Of a DNA stretch of 64,000 bases, positions 32,295-43,679 are shown in pieces. The position numbers and the translations under genes are program-made. The DNA lies in NCBI GenBank assembly GCA_021731245.1, contig JAKFXT010000002.1, positions 24,164 to 88,163 on the forward strand, written 5' to 3'. The notes beneath the pieces are model-generated. The model was not told the origin of the DNA and made no database searches. It was given only the letters and a program-made list of their open reading frames with translations. Source of the stretch: Patescibacteria group bacterium (GTDB lineage Bacteria > Patescibacteriota > Minisyncoccia > Phycocordibacterales > JAKFXT01). Each line of letters opens with the position of its first letter. Positions within the stretch are counted from its first letter, which is position 1.

Positions 32295-34181
32295 ATGTCA
32301 AAAATACTTGGAATAGATTTAGGAACAACAAATTCAGCGATGGCCATAATAGAAGGGGGTGAACCTCGTATTATAGAAAATGTGGAGGGAGTTCGTACAA
32401 CGCCTTCTATTGTTGCTATTTCTAAAGCTAATGAGCGTTTAGTAGGACAGCTTGCCAAAAGACAAGCTGTAACGAATCCGGCCAATACTGTATACGGTAT
32501 AAAGCGTTTTATTGGACACTCATTTGAAGAAGGTGCTGTGCAACAAGACAAGAAAACAGCTTCATATAAAATAGAGAAAAGTGAGAACGGTGGAGTAAAG
32601 GTTCAACTCGGAGGAAATTGGTTTACACCAGAACAAATATCAGCTCTTATTTTGCAAAAATTAAAAACTGACGCTGAAAGTAAATTGGGAGAAAAAATAA
32701 CAGAAGCCATAATTACAGTTCCTGCGTATTTTAATGACGCCCAAAGACAAGCAACAAAAGACGCAGGCGCAATTGCAGGACTTGATGTAAAAAGAATCAT
32801 TAATGAACCAACTGCCGCCGCTCTCGCATATGGGTTTAATAAAAAGAAAAATGAAAAAATAGCCGTCTTTGACTTTGGTGGTGGAACTTTCGATATCTCT
32901 ATTCTAGAAGTAATACATGACGCTGAAGGGAATGACACAATTGAGGTTAAATCAACCGACGGGGACTCACACCTGGGTGGACGCGACATTGATCAAACTA
33001 TAATGCGCTTTATTGCCAGTGAATTTAAAAAAGAAAGTGGAATTGATGTGATGAACGATCCTCTTGCTGTTCAAAGACTTGATGAAACTGCAGAAAAAGC
33101 AAAACACGAGCTTTCTACTACAATAGAAACAGAGATAAACATTCCCTTCATAACTTCCGGCGTATCAGGTCCTCAACACTTATTAATGAAATTAAGTAGA
33201 GCAAAACTTGAAGAATTAACAGCTCCTTTTATAGACAGATCTATCGAAATAAGTAAGAGGGCAATGGATGCTTCTGGAATATCATTTGGAGAATTGAGCG
33301 AGGTTATCTTAGTTGGCGGACAAACTAGAATGCCAGCTATACAAGAAGCGGTAAAGAAACTTTTTGGCAAAGAACCAAATAAGTCTATTAATCCAGATGA
33401 GGTGGTGGCAATAGGCGCTGCAATTCAAGCGGGTATTCTCCAAGGAGATGTAAAAGATGTCTTACTTTTGGATGTTATACCGCTTTCTCTTGGAATTGAA
33501 ACATTGGGAGGAGTTGCAACTCACTTAATCGATAAAAATACTCATATACCAGCAAGTAAGTCGCAAGTATTTTCTACTGCGGCTGATAATCAAACTTCTG
33601 TTGAAATTCATATAACTCAGGGCGAAAGACCTCTGGCAACAGATAATAAAAGTTTGGGAAGATTCATATTGGATGGTATTCCACCATCGCCTCGTGGTAT
33701 GCCGCAAATAGAAGTTACCTTTGATGTGGATGTTAATGGAATTCTACAAGTTAAAGCGAAAGATAAAGCCTCTGGTAAAGAACAGTCTATAAGAATAGAG
33801 GCTCGTTCTGGATTAACGGATGATGACATTGAGAGAATGAAAAAAGAAGCTGAGGTTCATAGCGAGGAAGACAAAAAGAAGAAAGAAGAAATTGAACTTA
33901 AAAATCAAGCCGAACAACTTATATATGTTTCCGAAAAGTCTTTGAAAGATGCGGGGGACAAAGTAACAGCTGAACTTAAAACAAGTGTAGAATCTAGAAT
34001 TGCAGATTTGAAAAAAGCTAAGGATAGCGGTACAGGTCTTAAAGAAGCGCTGGATTCTTTGTCAACGGAGCTTTCAAAAATAGGAGAAGCTATGCAGAAA
34101 AACACACCTCCTCAAGAAAATAAAACTGATGATAACAAAGGTGAAGGAGAAGCTCCTATACGTGACGCTGAAACTAAGTAA
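32295..34181 (+). CDS. dnaK: Chaperone DnaK
   Basis: [40 protein letters not shown]. Confidence 0.98.
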   Translation: MSKILGIDLGTTNSAMAIIEGGEPRIIENVEGVRTTPSIVAISKANERLVGQLAKRQAVTNPANTVYGIKRFIGHSFEEGAVQQDKKTASYKIEKSENGGVKVQLGGNWFTPEQISALILQKLKTDAESKLGEKITEAIITVPAYFNDAQRQATKDAGAIAGLDVKRIINEPTAAALAYGFNKKKNEKIAVFDFGGGTFDISILEVIHDAEGNDTIEVKSTDGDSHLGGRDIDQTIMRFIASEFKKESGIDVMNDPLAVQRLDETAEKAKHELSTTIETEINIPFITSGVSGPQHLLMKLSRAKLEELTAPFIDRSIEISKRAMDASGISFGELSEVILVGGQTRMPAIQEAVKKLFGKEPNKSINPDEVVAIGAAIQAGILQGDVKDVLLLDVIPLSLGIETLGGVATHLIDKNTHIPASKSQVFSTAADNQTSVEIHITQGERPLATDNKSLGRFILDGIPPSPRGMPQIEVTFDVDVNGILQVKAKDKASGKEQSIRIEARSGLTDDDIERMKKEAEVHSEEDKKKKEEIELKNQAEQLIYVSEKSLKDAGDKVTAELKTSVESRIADLKKAKDSGTGLKEALDSLSTELSKIGEAMQKNTPPQENKTDDNKGEGEAPIRDAETK

Positions 34182-34228
34182 ATTCAATTAAATTTGATAA
34201 AAAATATTGAAGTCGTATAATAAAAAGT

Positions 34229-35284
34229 ATGGCTAAAAATTACTACAATATTTTAGGTGTAGAAAAAAGCGCTACTAAAGACGATATAAAGAAGGCCTTT
34301 CATAAAATGGCTCATAAATATCACCCTGATAAAAAGGGGGGTGATAGTGATAAGTTTAAAGAAGTGAATGAGGCCTACGCCATACTTTCAGATGAGAATA
34401 AAAGAGCCGAATATGACGCTTATGGACAAACTTTCCAGAGCGGAAATGGCGGTGCTGGTTTTTCTGGTTTTAATGGATTTGATTTTAGTGGGCAAGGCTT
34501 CAACACAGAAGATCTGGGAGATATCTTCGGGGATATTTTTGGTGGTGGGAGAGAAAAAGTTAATCGCGGGCGCGATATCTCTATTGATTTGGAACTTTCT
34601 TTTGATGAAAGTATTTTTGGGGTGGAGCGTAAAGTTTTGATATCAAAATTATCTACTTGTGAAATATGTAAGGGAAGTGGCGGAAAACCAGGAACAACGC
34701 TCGATAAATGTAAAACTTGTAATGGAAATGGGAAAATTCGTGAAAATCGTCGTTCGTTTTTCGGTTCAGTTAGTGTCACTCGCTCATGTGATACCTGCGG
34801 AGGAACTGGCAAAATGCCAAAGGAAAAATGTGGAACTTGCCATGGAGAAAGGGTGCTTAAAAGACAGGAAGAAATTACAATTGCCGTTCCAAGAGGAATT
34901 GATCATGGGGAGGTTATACGCTTAACCCAAAAGGGGGAAGCTTCTCCAAATGGCGTTGCGGGAGATTTGTATGTGAGAATTCACGTAAAAAACCATGCAA
35001 CCCTTAGAAGAGATGGTAATAATTTAATTACGAATATATCTATAAAGCTAACGGACGCACTACTTGGCTCAGAATATAAAATAGAAACTCTTGAGGGTCC
35101 TCTTACAATAACAATTCCTGCCGGTATATCTTTCGGAGAAATATTAAGAGTCAAAGGCAGAGGTGTGCCGTATGAAAAGAATCATCGTGGCGACTTACTT
35201 ATTAAAGTGTCTATTGCTATACCACAAAAATTATCTAAAGAATCTAAGAAACTTTTGGAGGAATTAAAAAAGGAAGGCGTTTAA
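34229..35284 (+). CDS. dnaJ: Chaperone DnaJ
   Basis: HPD J-domain, G/F region, CxxCxGxG repeats. Confidence 0.97.
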   Translation: MAKNYYNILGVEKSATKDDIKKAFHKMAHKYHPDKKGGDSDKFKEVNEAYAILSDENKRAEYDAYGQTFQSGNGGAGFSGFNGFDFSGQGFNTEDLGDIFGDIFGGGREKVNRGRDISIDLELSFDESIFGVERKVLISKLSTCEICKGSGGKPGTTLDKCKTCNGNGKIRENRRSFFGSVSVTRSCDTCGGTGKMPKEKCGTCHGERVLKRQEEITIAVPRGIDHGEVIRLTQKGEASPNGVAGDLYVRIHVKNHATLRRDGNNLITNISIKLTDALLGSEYKIETLEGPLTITIPAGISFGEILRVKGRGVPYEKNHRGDLLIKVSIAIPQKLSKESKKLLEELKKEGV

Positions 35285-35335
35285 ATGTGGAGAATAAATT
35301 CAATAAATAACAATTAGTGTAGTAAAATATAGACT

Positions 35336-35809
35336 ATGTCTGTCGATATTATTGTTCTAGTTGTCCTGCTTTTTTTAATATTAGGAGGAATACTCCATTT
35401 TGGTAAAAGTGTTGGCGTTGCGATTATTTTTTCTATACCCATAACAGCTTTCCTCTATGACAGACTTCCATTTTTAGAAAAAATTACAACCTTTGCCAAA
35501 GGTTCCGTTGGAATTGAGGTAGTTAAAGTTTTGGTTTTTATAATACTCTTACTTGTCGTATATATAGTGGTTCGTAAAGCTGTGTCAGTTGTATTCCCTT
35601 GGAATCCACTGCCAAAAGTGTTTGAGGGCTCTGTTATAACAATAATCGTTTTTGGTCTTTTAGTTACAACTCTATCAACTTACATTGACCCGAGTTTCAT
35701 AACTTCTCATCTTCCTTTTGTTTCTAAAATCCTCAATATACCGAACATCCTCTTTTGGTGGATGGTCGGCAGTATGTTTTCTTTGATTTTTATACTGAAT
35801 CAGAACTAA
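35336..35809 (+). CDS. Membrane protein (hypothetical)
   Basis: Four to five hydrophobic segments. Confidence 0.75.
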   Translation: MSVDIIVLVVLLFLILGGILHFGKSVGVAIIFSIPITAFLYDRLPFLEKITTFAKGSVGIEVVKVLVFIILLLVVYIVVRKAVSVVFPWNPLPKVFEGSVITIIVFGLLVTTLSTYIDPSFITSHLPFVSKILNIPNILFWWMVGSMFSLIFILNQN

Positions 35810-35813
35810 ATAC

Positions 35814-36506
35814 ATGATACCGGCCCTTATACCCTTTTTACTTCAAAATTTAATTTGGATACCAACTCAACTCTTTTTGAGAACTTTCGGACACTTTAAA
35901 GTCTCTGGCTTAGAAAATTTAAAAGATCTCAAGGGCTCAGTCATTTTTGTCAGCAATCATACGAGTGAACTTGATCCAATTCTACTCCCAGCATCCCTCC
36001 CCTTATTTTCTAGGTTTTATCCAATTTTCTATGTCTCTCGCGAGAAAACTTTCTATAACATAAGACAGATATTGAAACGTATTTTTTATGGAGGTTTTTT
36101 CTTTGAAATATGGGGTGCTTATCAAACTCACGTCGGAATACATAATTACGAAGAATCTTTGAAAACTCATATAAAAATTTTAGAAAAAGGACACTCCCTT
36201 TTTATATTCCCAGAAGGAAAAAAGAGTGTCGATGGTAATTTACAAGAGGGGAAAGGCGGAGCTACTTTCTTATCCCACAGAACAAATACACCAATTGTCT
36301 CTATTGCTATAATAGGAGTATACAAAACAAACTTAATGGATTTTCTTCTGTTTAGAAATAATTTTAAGTTGATTTTTGGTAAGCCAATTTACCCTAATGA
36401 GTTGTTTGTAAATAAAATTGATAATTATCATCAGTATAAGACGATTATCAATGACAAGGTGATGCCTTGTATTCAAAAATTGTTAAGTGAATCTTCTAGA
36501 GAATAG
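35814..36506 (+). CDS. Lysophospholipid acyltransferase (PlsC family)
   Basis: NHTSELD (HxxxxD) and IFPEG. Confidence 0.9.
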   Translation: MIPALIPFLLQNLIWIPTQLFLRTFGHFKVSGLENLKDLKGSVIFVSNHTSELDPILLPASLPLFSRFYPIFYVSREKTFYNIRQILKRIFYGGFFFEIWGAYQTHVGIHNYEESLKTHIKILEKGHSLFIFPEGKKSVDGNLQEGKGGATFLSHRTNTPIVSIAIIGVYKTNLMDFLLFRNNFKLIFGKPIYPNELFVNKIDNYHQYKTIINDKVMPCIQKLLSESSRE

Positions 36507-36529
36507 CAGCTTATTGATGTATTATTTTT

Positions 36530-38191
36530 ATGATGTTAAGCCAAGAAGCCATAGAGGTAATTTTAAATATTAAAGGTAAGACAGTTACTACGCCAGAAGA
36601 TATGGCGGACAGACTAAACATTACCTTTTATCCCTTATCTAAAGATCGCACCATATCACCTCAAATGGAGGAGTTTAGTGCTAAATTAAAAGAAGTATTT
36701 GAAAAACTCAAAGTTAATGTAGTACCTTACTCAGAGTCCCTAGAAGTAGTACCCCTGAAAAAGCGCCTGAAGCGTGGTGTGTATATTCTATTAAATAATT
36801 TTCTATATTTATTCGAAAAAACATATGGAAAAAAAGAAAAACGACACTATTTTGACGTCGAAACATTCAAAGGCATATTAAAAAATCAAAGAATTAAGCC
36901 AGGAATTTCTATAGTTGCTTGTGGAGAAAATGATATAGGTAATCTTCCTATTGAAAAAACTTCAAGTTTTCGTCACAGCTCTGTAATTACTATTTTGGAT
37001 AAGCCAATAACGATCAATAAAGATAGTAACTTCTACGATCATTTTGACACCGCAATGTCTCTTTTTGCTTATCACATGACTAATATAATTATATTAGTTG
37101 ATAAAGAAGAATGGACTCTCTACAATTTTAACGCGTCACACCCTACATATAACTTAACCAACACTTTTGAAAAGGGAGTTCTTTATGGACTAATTCCTAA
37201 AATAGTAGCGCCAATTTTACCCTATAGATTTTCTGATTTTATTGTAAATAAAAACTCTTTTAATATTGATGATACTAACCATTCTTATATCGTAAGAGAT
37301 TTAGTGGAAAGCGGTAAATTATTTGAACAATCTGGACTTTACCCTAAAGGTAAGAAAATTGACGATCTCCCTTTTCGTAATACATTTCATCGTTGGATTG
37401 GTAAAATACATCTAGATAATAGAAGTGGTATGAGTTATGGATTCTTGGCCTATCAAATCCCTGCGAGACTCTCGCCTCTAATTCCTTACAATGATAAGGA
37501 AAAGATTTTCGGTAAAAACACTAAAATAGATAAAGATTATTTCTTCTATAAAAATGAACTTTATGCACTTATAGAATTAAAGGATGGTAAGTTTTTTATG
37601 AAAATTCCAGAAGTTTGGATTCTAAGCCAACGGTCAGGATCTGATAAAACTAATATAAATCCTAACAAAGATTTGGTTAAGCTTGGCTTAAAAGATGGAG
37701 AGATGTATCTCCAAACACCAAAAGGATTGGCATTAAAAAATGATTATAAACCATCTTTCGATACGGGGGTTATTCTTTCTCATGCTGTAGGTAATGCCAT
37801 AGTTGCATCAATACTTAATCACTATGATTCGAATGATGCTTTTGCAAAAAGAGTCTCTAACAAGGGCCTTTCTATAAGTCATTGGCATGGTTATATAAAT
37901 CCAAAATTTATACCAGAAGGTTGGTTTTTATATGGTGAAAATAATCCAAACGTATCTTGCTCCTCTCCTCAATCAGCCATATATGCGATCGACGGTAAAT
38001 TTAAGGTATTTTTAGAAGCTCTTCGAGAAAATAAGAAGTTTCTTGGCGATATTCACATAGAACCACATCACGGTACTAACATTTCATATCCGTCACTAAT
38101 AGAATTAGGTAGTTACTTTGTAAAGAATATAGAAGCGGCTAGCTTAGGAAATAAATATTTATCCTCTTATGAAAGCAAGGAAAATGTATGA
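36530..38191 (+). CDS. Hypothetical protein, possible His-rich metal-binding C-terminal domain
   Basis: 553-aa ORF; SHWHGY, VSCSS, HIEPHHG. Confidence 0.7.
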   Translation: MMLSQEAIEVILNIKGKTVTTPEDMADRLNITFYPLSKDRTISPQMEEFSAKLKEVFEKLKVNVVPYSESLEVVPLKKRLKRGVYILLNNFLYLFEKTYGKKEKRHYFDVETFKGILKNQRIKPGISIVACGENDIGNLPIEKTSSFRHSSVITILDKPITINKDSNFYDHFDTAMSLFAYHMTNIIILVDKEEWTLYNFNASHPTYNLTNTFEKGVLYGLIPKIVAPILPYRFSDFIVNKNSFNIDDTNHSYIVRDLVESGKLFEQSGLYPKGKKIDDLPFRNTFHRWIGKIHLDNRSGMSYGFLAYQIPARLSPLIPYNDKEKIFGKNTKIDKDYFFYKNELYALIELKDGKFFMKIPEVWILSQRSGSDKTNINPNKDLVKLGLKDGEMYLQTPKGLALKNDYKPSFDTGVILSHAVGNAIVASILNHYDSNDAFAKRVSNKGLSISHWHGYINPKFIPEGWFLYGENNPNVSCSSPQSAIYAIDGKFKVFLEALRENKKFLGDIHIEPHHGTNISYPSLIELGSYFVKNIEAASLGNKYLSSYESKENV

Positions 38192-39849
38192 TTCTAAATT
38201 TTGCTATTAACTATTATAGTGTCTCTCTTTTTATAGGCGGTTTTGTTGCTCTTCTTTCAGGAGCCGTAGTCTTTTTGAATGATAGAAAAAGTTTTACAAA
38301 TTGGAGTTGGCTACTACTAAATATAAGTAGCTCCATATGGAGCTTTGCTTATTTTCTAATGATTACCGCAGGAGATGTAATTTCTGGATACAGGTACAAT
38401 GTGATATTGCACTGGGGGGCTATTTGTATACCCTTCTTTTATTTTCTTTTTATACTTGGAATAACAAAGACCTTAAGTAGGTTTAGGACACTTGCTTTTG
38501 TCATAGGAACCATTGCTTTATTTTTTTCAGTAATAAATCAATCTCTACTATTCGTTGATAAGGTTCTTCCAAAATTTGTTTTCAACTATGCACCAAATGC
38601 AGGTCCATTTTATATATATTTCACAATTTATTTTTTCTCAATAAATATAATTGCGGGATTAATTTTACTAGAAAAAATATTAAAAAATAAAGACTCTAAA
38701 GAGGCCTCTCAATTAAAGCAGATACTGTTTTCTTCTGCAGCTGGGTTCATTGGAGGAGGGAGTGTTTTCTTTCTCACTTTCAATATAAATCTTCCACCGT
38801 ACCCAATAATTTTATTTGCTCTTTACCCGATAATAATTGCTTACGCAATCTCTAAATATAATCTATTTAATGTAAAACTGATTGCTACAGAACTTTTAAT
38901 ATTTTCAATTTGGTTAATATTAACTGTAAAGATGGTACTCACTCAGAGTTTCTACGATCAATTAATAGACGCCACTCTATTACTAATTACTATTGTCCTA
39001 GGAATATTCTTAATAAGGAGTGTTTTGAAAGAAGTTAAGCAACGTGAAGAAATTGAAAAATTAGCAAGTCAATTAACAGCCGCCAATGCACGATTGAAAG
39101 AACTTGATAAATTGAAGTCGGAATTCGTTTCCATTGCCTCCCACCAACTTAGAAGTCCACTTACGGCCATAAAAGGTTACGCCTCACTCATCTTGGATGG
39201 CTCCTACGGAAAAATTACTTACGGAGTACATGAAGCGGTAAACAAAATATTCCAGTCCAGCGTGTCACTTGTCATAATGGTTGAAGACTTCTTAAGTATT
39301 TCTCGTATAGAACAGGGAACAATGAAATATAATTTGGAAACTATTGATATTGAGGAATTAATTAAAACGGTAGTAGGGGAACAAGAGGCAAATGTTGAAA
39401 GGGTGGGGCTCAAGATTAGTTTTTCAACTGATAAAAAACCACCCTATCTTGTCAGTATTGATATAAACAAAATAAGACAAGTGATAACAAACTTAATAGA
39501 TAATTCTGTTAAGTACACACCTAAGGGTTCCATCTCTGTTCGTCTATATAAAGAACCATCCAGAAATAAAATTATGTTTTCTATATCTGACACCGGTGTT
39601 GGAATTGATAAAGAAACCATACCTCAATTATTTGCTAAATTTAGTAGAGCTAAAGATGCAAATAAGGTTAATGTTGTGGGAACTGGGCTTGGATTATACA
39701 TAGTTAAAGAAATTATAATGGGTCACAAGGGCCGTGTCTCTGTAACGTCCGAGGGTAAAGGGAAGGGGTCTAATTTCTTTGTAGAACTAGATGAGAATTT
39801 AGATGCCGCGCGCGTAAACAGGGTTAATGAGTTTGCAAAAAGTGTTTAA
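38188..39849 (+). CDS. Sensor histidine kinase with multi-TM N-terminus
   Basis: ASHQLRSPLT H-box, NLIDNSVKYT, DTGVG, GTGLGL. Confidence 0.93.
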   Translation: MILNFAINYYSVSLFIGGFVALLSGAVVFLNDRKSFTNWSWLLLNISSSIWSFAYFLMITAGDVISGYRYNVILHWGAICIPFFYFLFILGITKTLSRFRTLAFVIGTIALFFSVINQSLLFVDKVLPKFVFNYAPNAGPFYIYFTIYFFSINIIAGLILLEKILKNKDSKEASQLKQILFSSAAGFIGGGSVFFLTFNINLPPYPIILFALYPIIIAYAISKYNLFNVKLIATELLIFSIWLILTVKMVLTQSFYDQLIDATLLLITIVLGIFLIRSVLKEVKQREEIEKLASQLTAANARLKELDKLKSEFVSIASHQLRSPLTAIKGYASLILDGSYGKITYGVHEAVNKIFQSSVSLVIMVEDFLSISRIEQGTMKYNLETIDIEELIKTVVGEQEANVERVGLKISFSTDKKPPYLVSIDINKIRQVITNLIDNSVKYTPKGSISVRLYKEPSRNKIMFSISDTGVGIDKETIPQLFAKFSRAKDANKVNVVGTGLGLYIVKEIIMGHKGRVSVTSEGKGKGSNFFVELDENLDAARVNRVNEFAKSV

Positions 39850-39868
39850 TTTAAATTAAAATTAAAAG

Positions 39869-40564
39869 ATGGAATTTACAACAACATTCTTTTTCATAGT
39901 AGGAGGGACACTCTGTCTTGTAACTTCTATTTTCTTTTTCATTTCATATTTTAAGACAAAACAAAGAGCAAGTCTTTCCCTCGCTTTTGTATCTTTTTGG
40001 ATAGCGCTACATGCTTACGCTTTTTCACTACCAACAATAATAGACCCGGGTAATCTTGAACTCCTAGCGGTTGGATACATAGTGGGAATTGCAGCCCTCT
40101 TTTTAGTACAGATTTCTGGTCTTGAAGTTCAAAACTTTATGACAAAACATGCTACTAATATTAATTTCCCAACAATAGGTAGTCTACTGATAACTCTAGT
40201 GGCCTCCATAACATTAATTATCATGTCTTATGACTTTAGAACACCCATATTTAATGATTCTGGTATTATTTTTTGGAATGTAAATAAAATAGCTCAGTGG
40301 CTTATTGGCTTATCTAGTCTCACATACGGTCTTTTTTGGAATTATGTTTTTTATCAAGCGGCTATAATAGTAGATGATTCTTACGCTCGCTTCAGATTGA
40401 TGATAATAGGTATAGCAGGAACGAGTATGGGAACTACTGCTTTTTTGGTTCACACATCATCAAGTGAAATACAAACTCTCACTGGACATATAATATTCGT
40501 TATTTCAGGCCTAATGATCTTGGGTATATTCATAATCCCAAAGAGACTTTTCTCATCCAAATAG
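39869..40564 (+). CDS. 7TM-like membrane protein
   Basis: About seven hydrophobic segments, no soluble domain. Confidence 0.75.
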   Translation: MEFTTTFFFIVGGTLCLVTSIFFFISYFKTKQRASLSLAFVSFWIALHAYAFSLPTIIDPGNLELLAVGYIVGIAALFLVQISGLEVQNFMTKHATNINFPTIGSLLITLVASITLIIMSYDFRTPIFNDSGIIFWNVNKIAQWLIGLSSLTYGLFWNYVFYQAAIIVDDSYARFRLMIIGIAGTSMGTTAFLVHTSSSEIQTLTGHIIFVISGLMILGIFIIPKRLFSSK

Positions 40565-40625
40565 AGCTTCAAAAAAACGGCATTATACCCTTTAAATTAA
40601 GGGTCTTTTTTGTTAGGATGATGCA

Positions 40626-41609
40626 ATGACTAAAAAGGTGTTGGTTTCAGGAATTCAAGCAAGTGGACGCCTCCACTTTGGCAATTATTTTGGTGCTATG
40701 AAACAAAATGTAGCCCTAACTGAAAGTGGAGAATATGAGTCTTTTGTATTTATAGCTGACTACCACGCCCTAACAACCTTAAAAGACAGGGATTCTCTAT
40801 CGAAGGCAACGAGTGAGATAGTTGCAAGTTATATGGCCTGTGGATTAGATACCAAAAAAGTAGCTCTTTTTAAGCAATCGGATGTACCACAACATACTGA
40901 ATTAGCGACAATCTTTAATAACGTTGTTACTGTTCCTTACCTTATGCGTGCCCACGCATTTAAGGACCACGAAGCAAAAAACAAAGAGGTGAATGTGGGT
41001 CTTTTTGATTATCCAGTTTTAATGGCAGCAGACATTTTGATGTATCAAGCAGATATCGTTCCTGTAGGATCTGACCAAAAACAGCACGTTGAATACGCAC
41101 GCGACATAGCTGGTTTTTATAATAGAGCTTGGGGAGTAGATTATTTCAAACTTCCTAAAGAATATATTTTAAAAGATGTCGCAACAGTTCCAGGAATTGA
41201 TGGACAAAAAATGAGTAAGAGTAAGGGAAATGTAATTCCACTTTTTGAAGATGAGGAAGAGCTTAAAAAGGCAGTAATGGGAATAGTAACTGATAGTTCT
41301 ACGCCAGATGATAAGAAAAACCCTGACGAAAATATCATCTATAATATTCACAAGCTTTTCTTGGATGACAGTCAGAACTCTGAATTAAGAAATAAATTTG
41401 AAAACGGTGGATACTCATATAAAGAAGCCAAAGACGACTTACTAAAGACTATTATTGATTGGAGAAAAGGTAAAAAAGATATTTATGATGGACTTATAAA
41501 TAATCCTGAAAAGATAAAGGAAATATTGAAAGAAGGTGGAGAAAAAGCTAAGAAAAAAGCTACGGAAACAATGCACGATGTCCGCTTACAAACCGGTTTA
41601 GACTTTTAA
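40626..41609 (+). CDS. trpS: Tryptophan--tRNA ligase
   Basis: SGIQASGRLHFGNY, YPVLMAADIL, VPVGSDQ, KMSKS. Confidence 0.97.
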   Translation: MTKKVLVSGIQASGRLHFGNYFGAMKQNVALTESGEYESFVFIADYHALTTLKDRDSLSKATSEIVASYMACGLDTKKVALFKQSDVPQHTELATIFNNVVTVPYLMRAHAFKDHEAKNKEVNVGLFDYPVLMAADILMYQADIVPVGSDQKQHVEYARDIAGFYNRAWGVDYFKLPKEYILKDVATVPGIDGQKMSKSKGNVIPLFEDEEELKKAVMGIVTDSSTPDDKKNPDENIIYNIHKLFLDDSQNSELRNKFENGGYSYKEAKDDLLKTIIDWRKGKKDIYDGLINNPEKIKEILKEGGEKAKKKATETMHDVRLQTGLDF

Positions 41610-41613
41610 ATTT

Positions 41614-42924
41614 ATGGAAAGAATATTAATCAAAGATTTAAAAAGTGAAGTGAGTAAAAGTGTCCTTATTAAAGGGTGGGTTTCTGTACGTCGCGACCAA
41701 GGTAAAATGGTCTTTTTTGATATTCGTGACAGGTCCGGTTCAGTCCAAGGGGTGGTCTTACCTCAAGCGACAGAGGCTATCTCTGTGGCTAAAGAAATTC
41801 GTCCAGAATATGTAGTTGAAATGGAAGGGATTGTTAACCAACGTCCTCCTAAAAATATAAATCCTGAAATACTAAATGGAGATATTGAACTTGAAATCAA
41901 ATCAATAAAAATACTTTCAGTTGCGGAGCCGCCTTTTGAATTGCAAAGTGAAATAAATATTGATACATATTTAGACCATCAGCCATTTACGCTTCGTTCA
42001 AGTCGCGCGAGAGACGTATTTAAAGTCCAGGAAACTCTTATTTCAGGATTCCGTGAAGGACTTAGAAATCAAGATTTTACAGAATTTCAAGCGCCAGCGC
42101 TTGTAGGAGGAGATGCAGAAGGGGGAGCGGCTGCTTTTACAGTTGATTATTATTACAATCAAAAAGCGTATCTAGCTACAAGTCCGCAATTTTATAAACA
42201 AATAATGGTTGGTGTATATGAAAGATGCTTTGCTACACCAAAAGTGTTTCGTGGAGAGAAGCATGCGACAACAAGGCATCTTTCAGAATATTCTTCATTG
42301 GATTTCGAAATGGGTTTTATAAATGATCACACTGATGTGATGGAGGTTTTAGAAAAGACAATAAATCACATAGTGTCCAGCATTAAAGAAAAACATACCG
42401 ATATATTAAAAAGATTTAATGTAGAAGAAATATTATTGCCGAGAAAAATCCCAGTACTGAAATTACGTGAAGTACAAAAAATATTAGGTGTAGCAGAAGA
42501 CCCAGATCTTGAACCAGAACAAGAGCGTGCGATTTCCGAATGGGCAAAAGAAAATCATAAAAGTGATTTTGTCTTTGTAACTCATTATCCTGTAAGTAAG
42601 AGACCTTTCTATACCTATGAGGATGAGAGCGATAAGGGTTTTACTAAAAGCTTTGACTTACTCTTTAGAGGCTTGGAAATTACAACTGGGGGACAACGTG
42701 TACACAATCACGATGAACTTATTGAGAGAATGAAAATGAAAGGGCTGGATCCTAAAAAATTCCTATTTTATCTAGAAGCTTTTAAGGTAGGCATGCCTCC
42801 TCATGGTGGCTCTGCAACAGGACTTGAGCGTCTTACAGCTCGTATATTGGGATTATCTAACGTAAAAGAAGCCACTCTCTTCCCAAGAGACATAAATCGC
42901 ATAGACACACTTCTTTCAGAGTAA
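41614..42924 (+). CDS. aspS: Aspartate--tRNA ligase, archaeal/non-discriminating type
   Basis: OB-fold, EGGA, SPQFYKQ, GMPPHGG..GLER; no GAD insertion. Confidence 0.88.
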   Translation: MERILIKDLKSEVSKSVLIKGWVSVRRDQGKMVFFDIRDRSGSVQGVVLPQATEAISVAKEIRPEYVVEMEGIVNQRPPKNINPEILNGDIELEIKSIKILSVAEPPFELQSEINIDTYLDHQPFTLRSSRARDVFKVQETLISGFREGLRNQDFTEFQAPALVGGDAEGGAAAFTVDYYYNQKAYLATSPQFYKQIMVGVYERCFATPKVFRGEKHATTRHLSEYSSLDFEMGFINDHTDVMEVLEKTINHIVSSIKEKHTDILKRFNVEEILLPRKIPVLKLREVQKILGVAEDPDLEPEQERAISEWAKENHKSDFVFVTHYPVSKRPFYTYEDESDKGFTKSFDLLFRGLEITTGGQRVHNHDELIERMKMKGLDPKKFLFYLEAFKVGMPPHGGSATGLERLTARILGLSNVKEATLFPRDINRIDTLLSE

Positions 42925-42939
42925 TTACAAAGTCTTCCT

Positions 42940-43674
42940 ATGACCGATTTTTCTGTAAAACTAGATCAATTTGAAGGACCTTTAGATTTACTTCTAAATC
43001 TAATAGAGGATAGGAAAATGCACATAAATGACATTTCTTTGTCTAAAGTAACGGATGATTTCTTGTCTCACGTTAAAGAAATAGAAGAATACAAGCCAGC
43101 AAAAGTGGCTCATTTTATTTTGATAGCGTCCACCTTACTCTTAATAAAATCAAAGTCACTCCTCCCAACACTTTCCTTAACCACAGATGAGCAGGCTGAT
43201 ATTAAAGATTTAGAATACAGACTCAAAATGCTTCAAAGAATGCGAGATTTGAGTTTGGGTATAAAAAAGCAGTTTGGAAAAAATATAATTTTTCAAAAAT
43301 CAGAAAATAGATACTTTCAGCCAGTTTTTTCTCCAGAACCTGAGATTAATAAAGATGGGCTTTTGGAGTCAATAAAGAATGTAATAAATTCTATACAAAT
43401 AAAGGAGTTGCTTCCAAAGGTTTTAGTTAAAAAGGTCATAAGTATAGAGGAAATGATTAATAGACTCGTAGATAGGGTGCAAAAATCACTCAAGACTTCC
43501 TTTAGAGATTTCGCTAAAAACCAAGGAGGAGGGGATGAACGGATAAATCTAATAGTGGGTTTCTTGGCAATGTTAGAATTAGTTAAACAAGGAGCTGTTT
43601 CTGTTGCCCAGCAAGAAGATTTTGGTGACATTGAGATAGAAACTGCTTCAGTTGGGGTTCCTAGAATAATATAA
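42940..43674 (+). CDS. scpA: Segregation/condensation protein A
   Basis: FEGPLDLLL.LI, LLLIKSK.LLP, FLAMLELVK. Confidence 0.95.
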   Translation: MTDFSVKLDQFEGPLDLLLNLIEDRKMHINDISLSKVTDDFLSHVKEIEEYKPAKVAHFILIASTLLLIKSKSLLPTLSLTTDEQADIKDLEYRLKMLQRMRDLSLGIKKQFGKNIIFQKSENRYFQPVFSPEPEINKDGLLESIKNVINSIQIKELLPKVLVKKVISIEEMINRLVDRVQKSLKTSFRDFAKNQGGGDERINLIVGFLAMLELVKQGAVSVAQQEDFGDIEIETASVGVPRII

Positions 43675-43679
43675 AAGCC

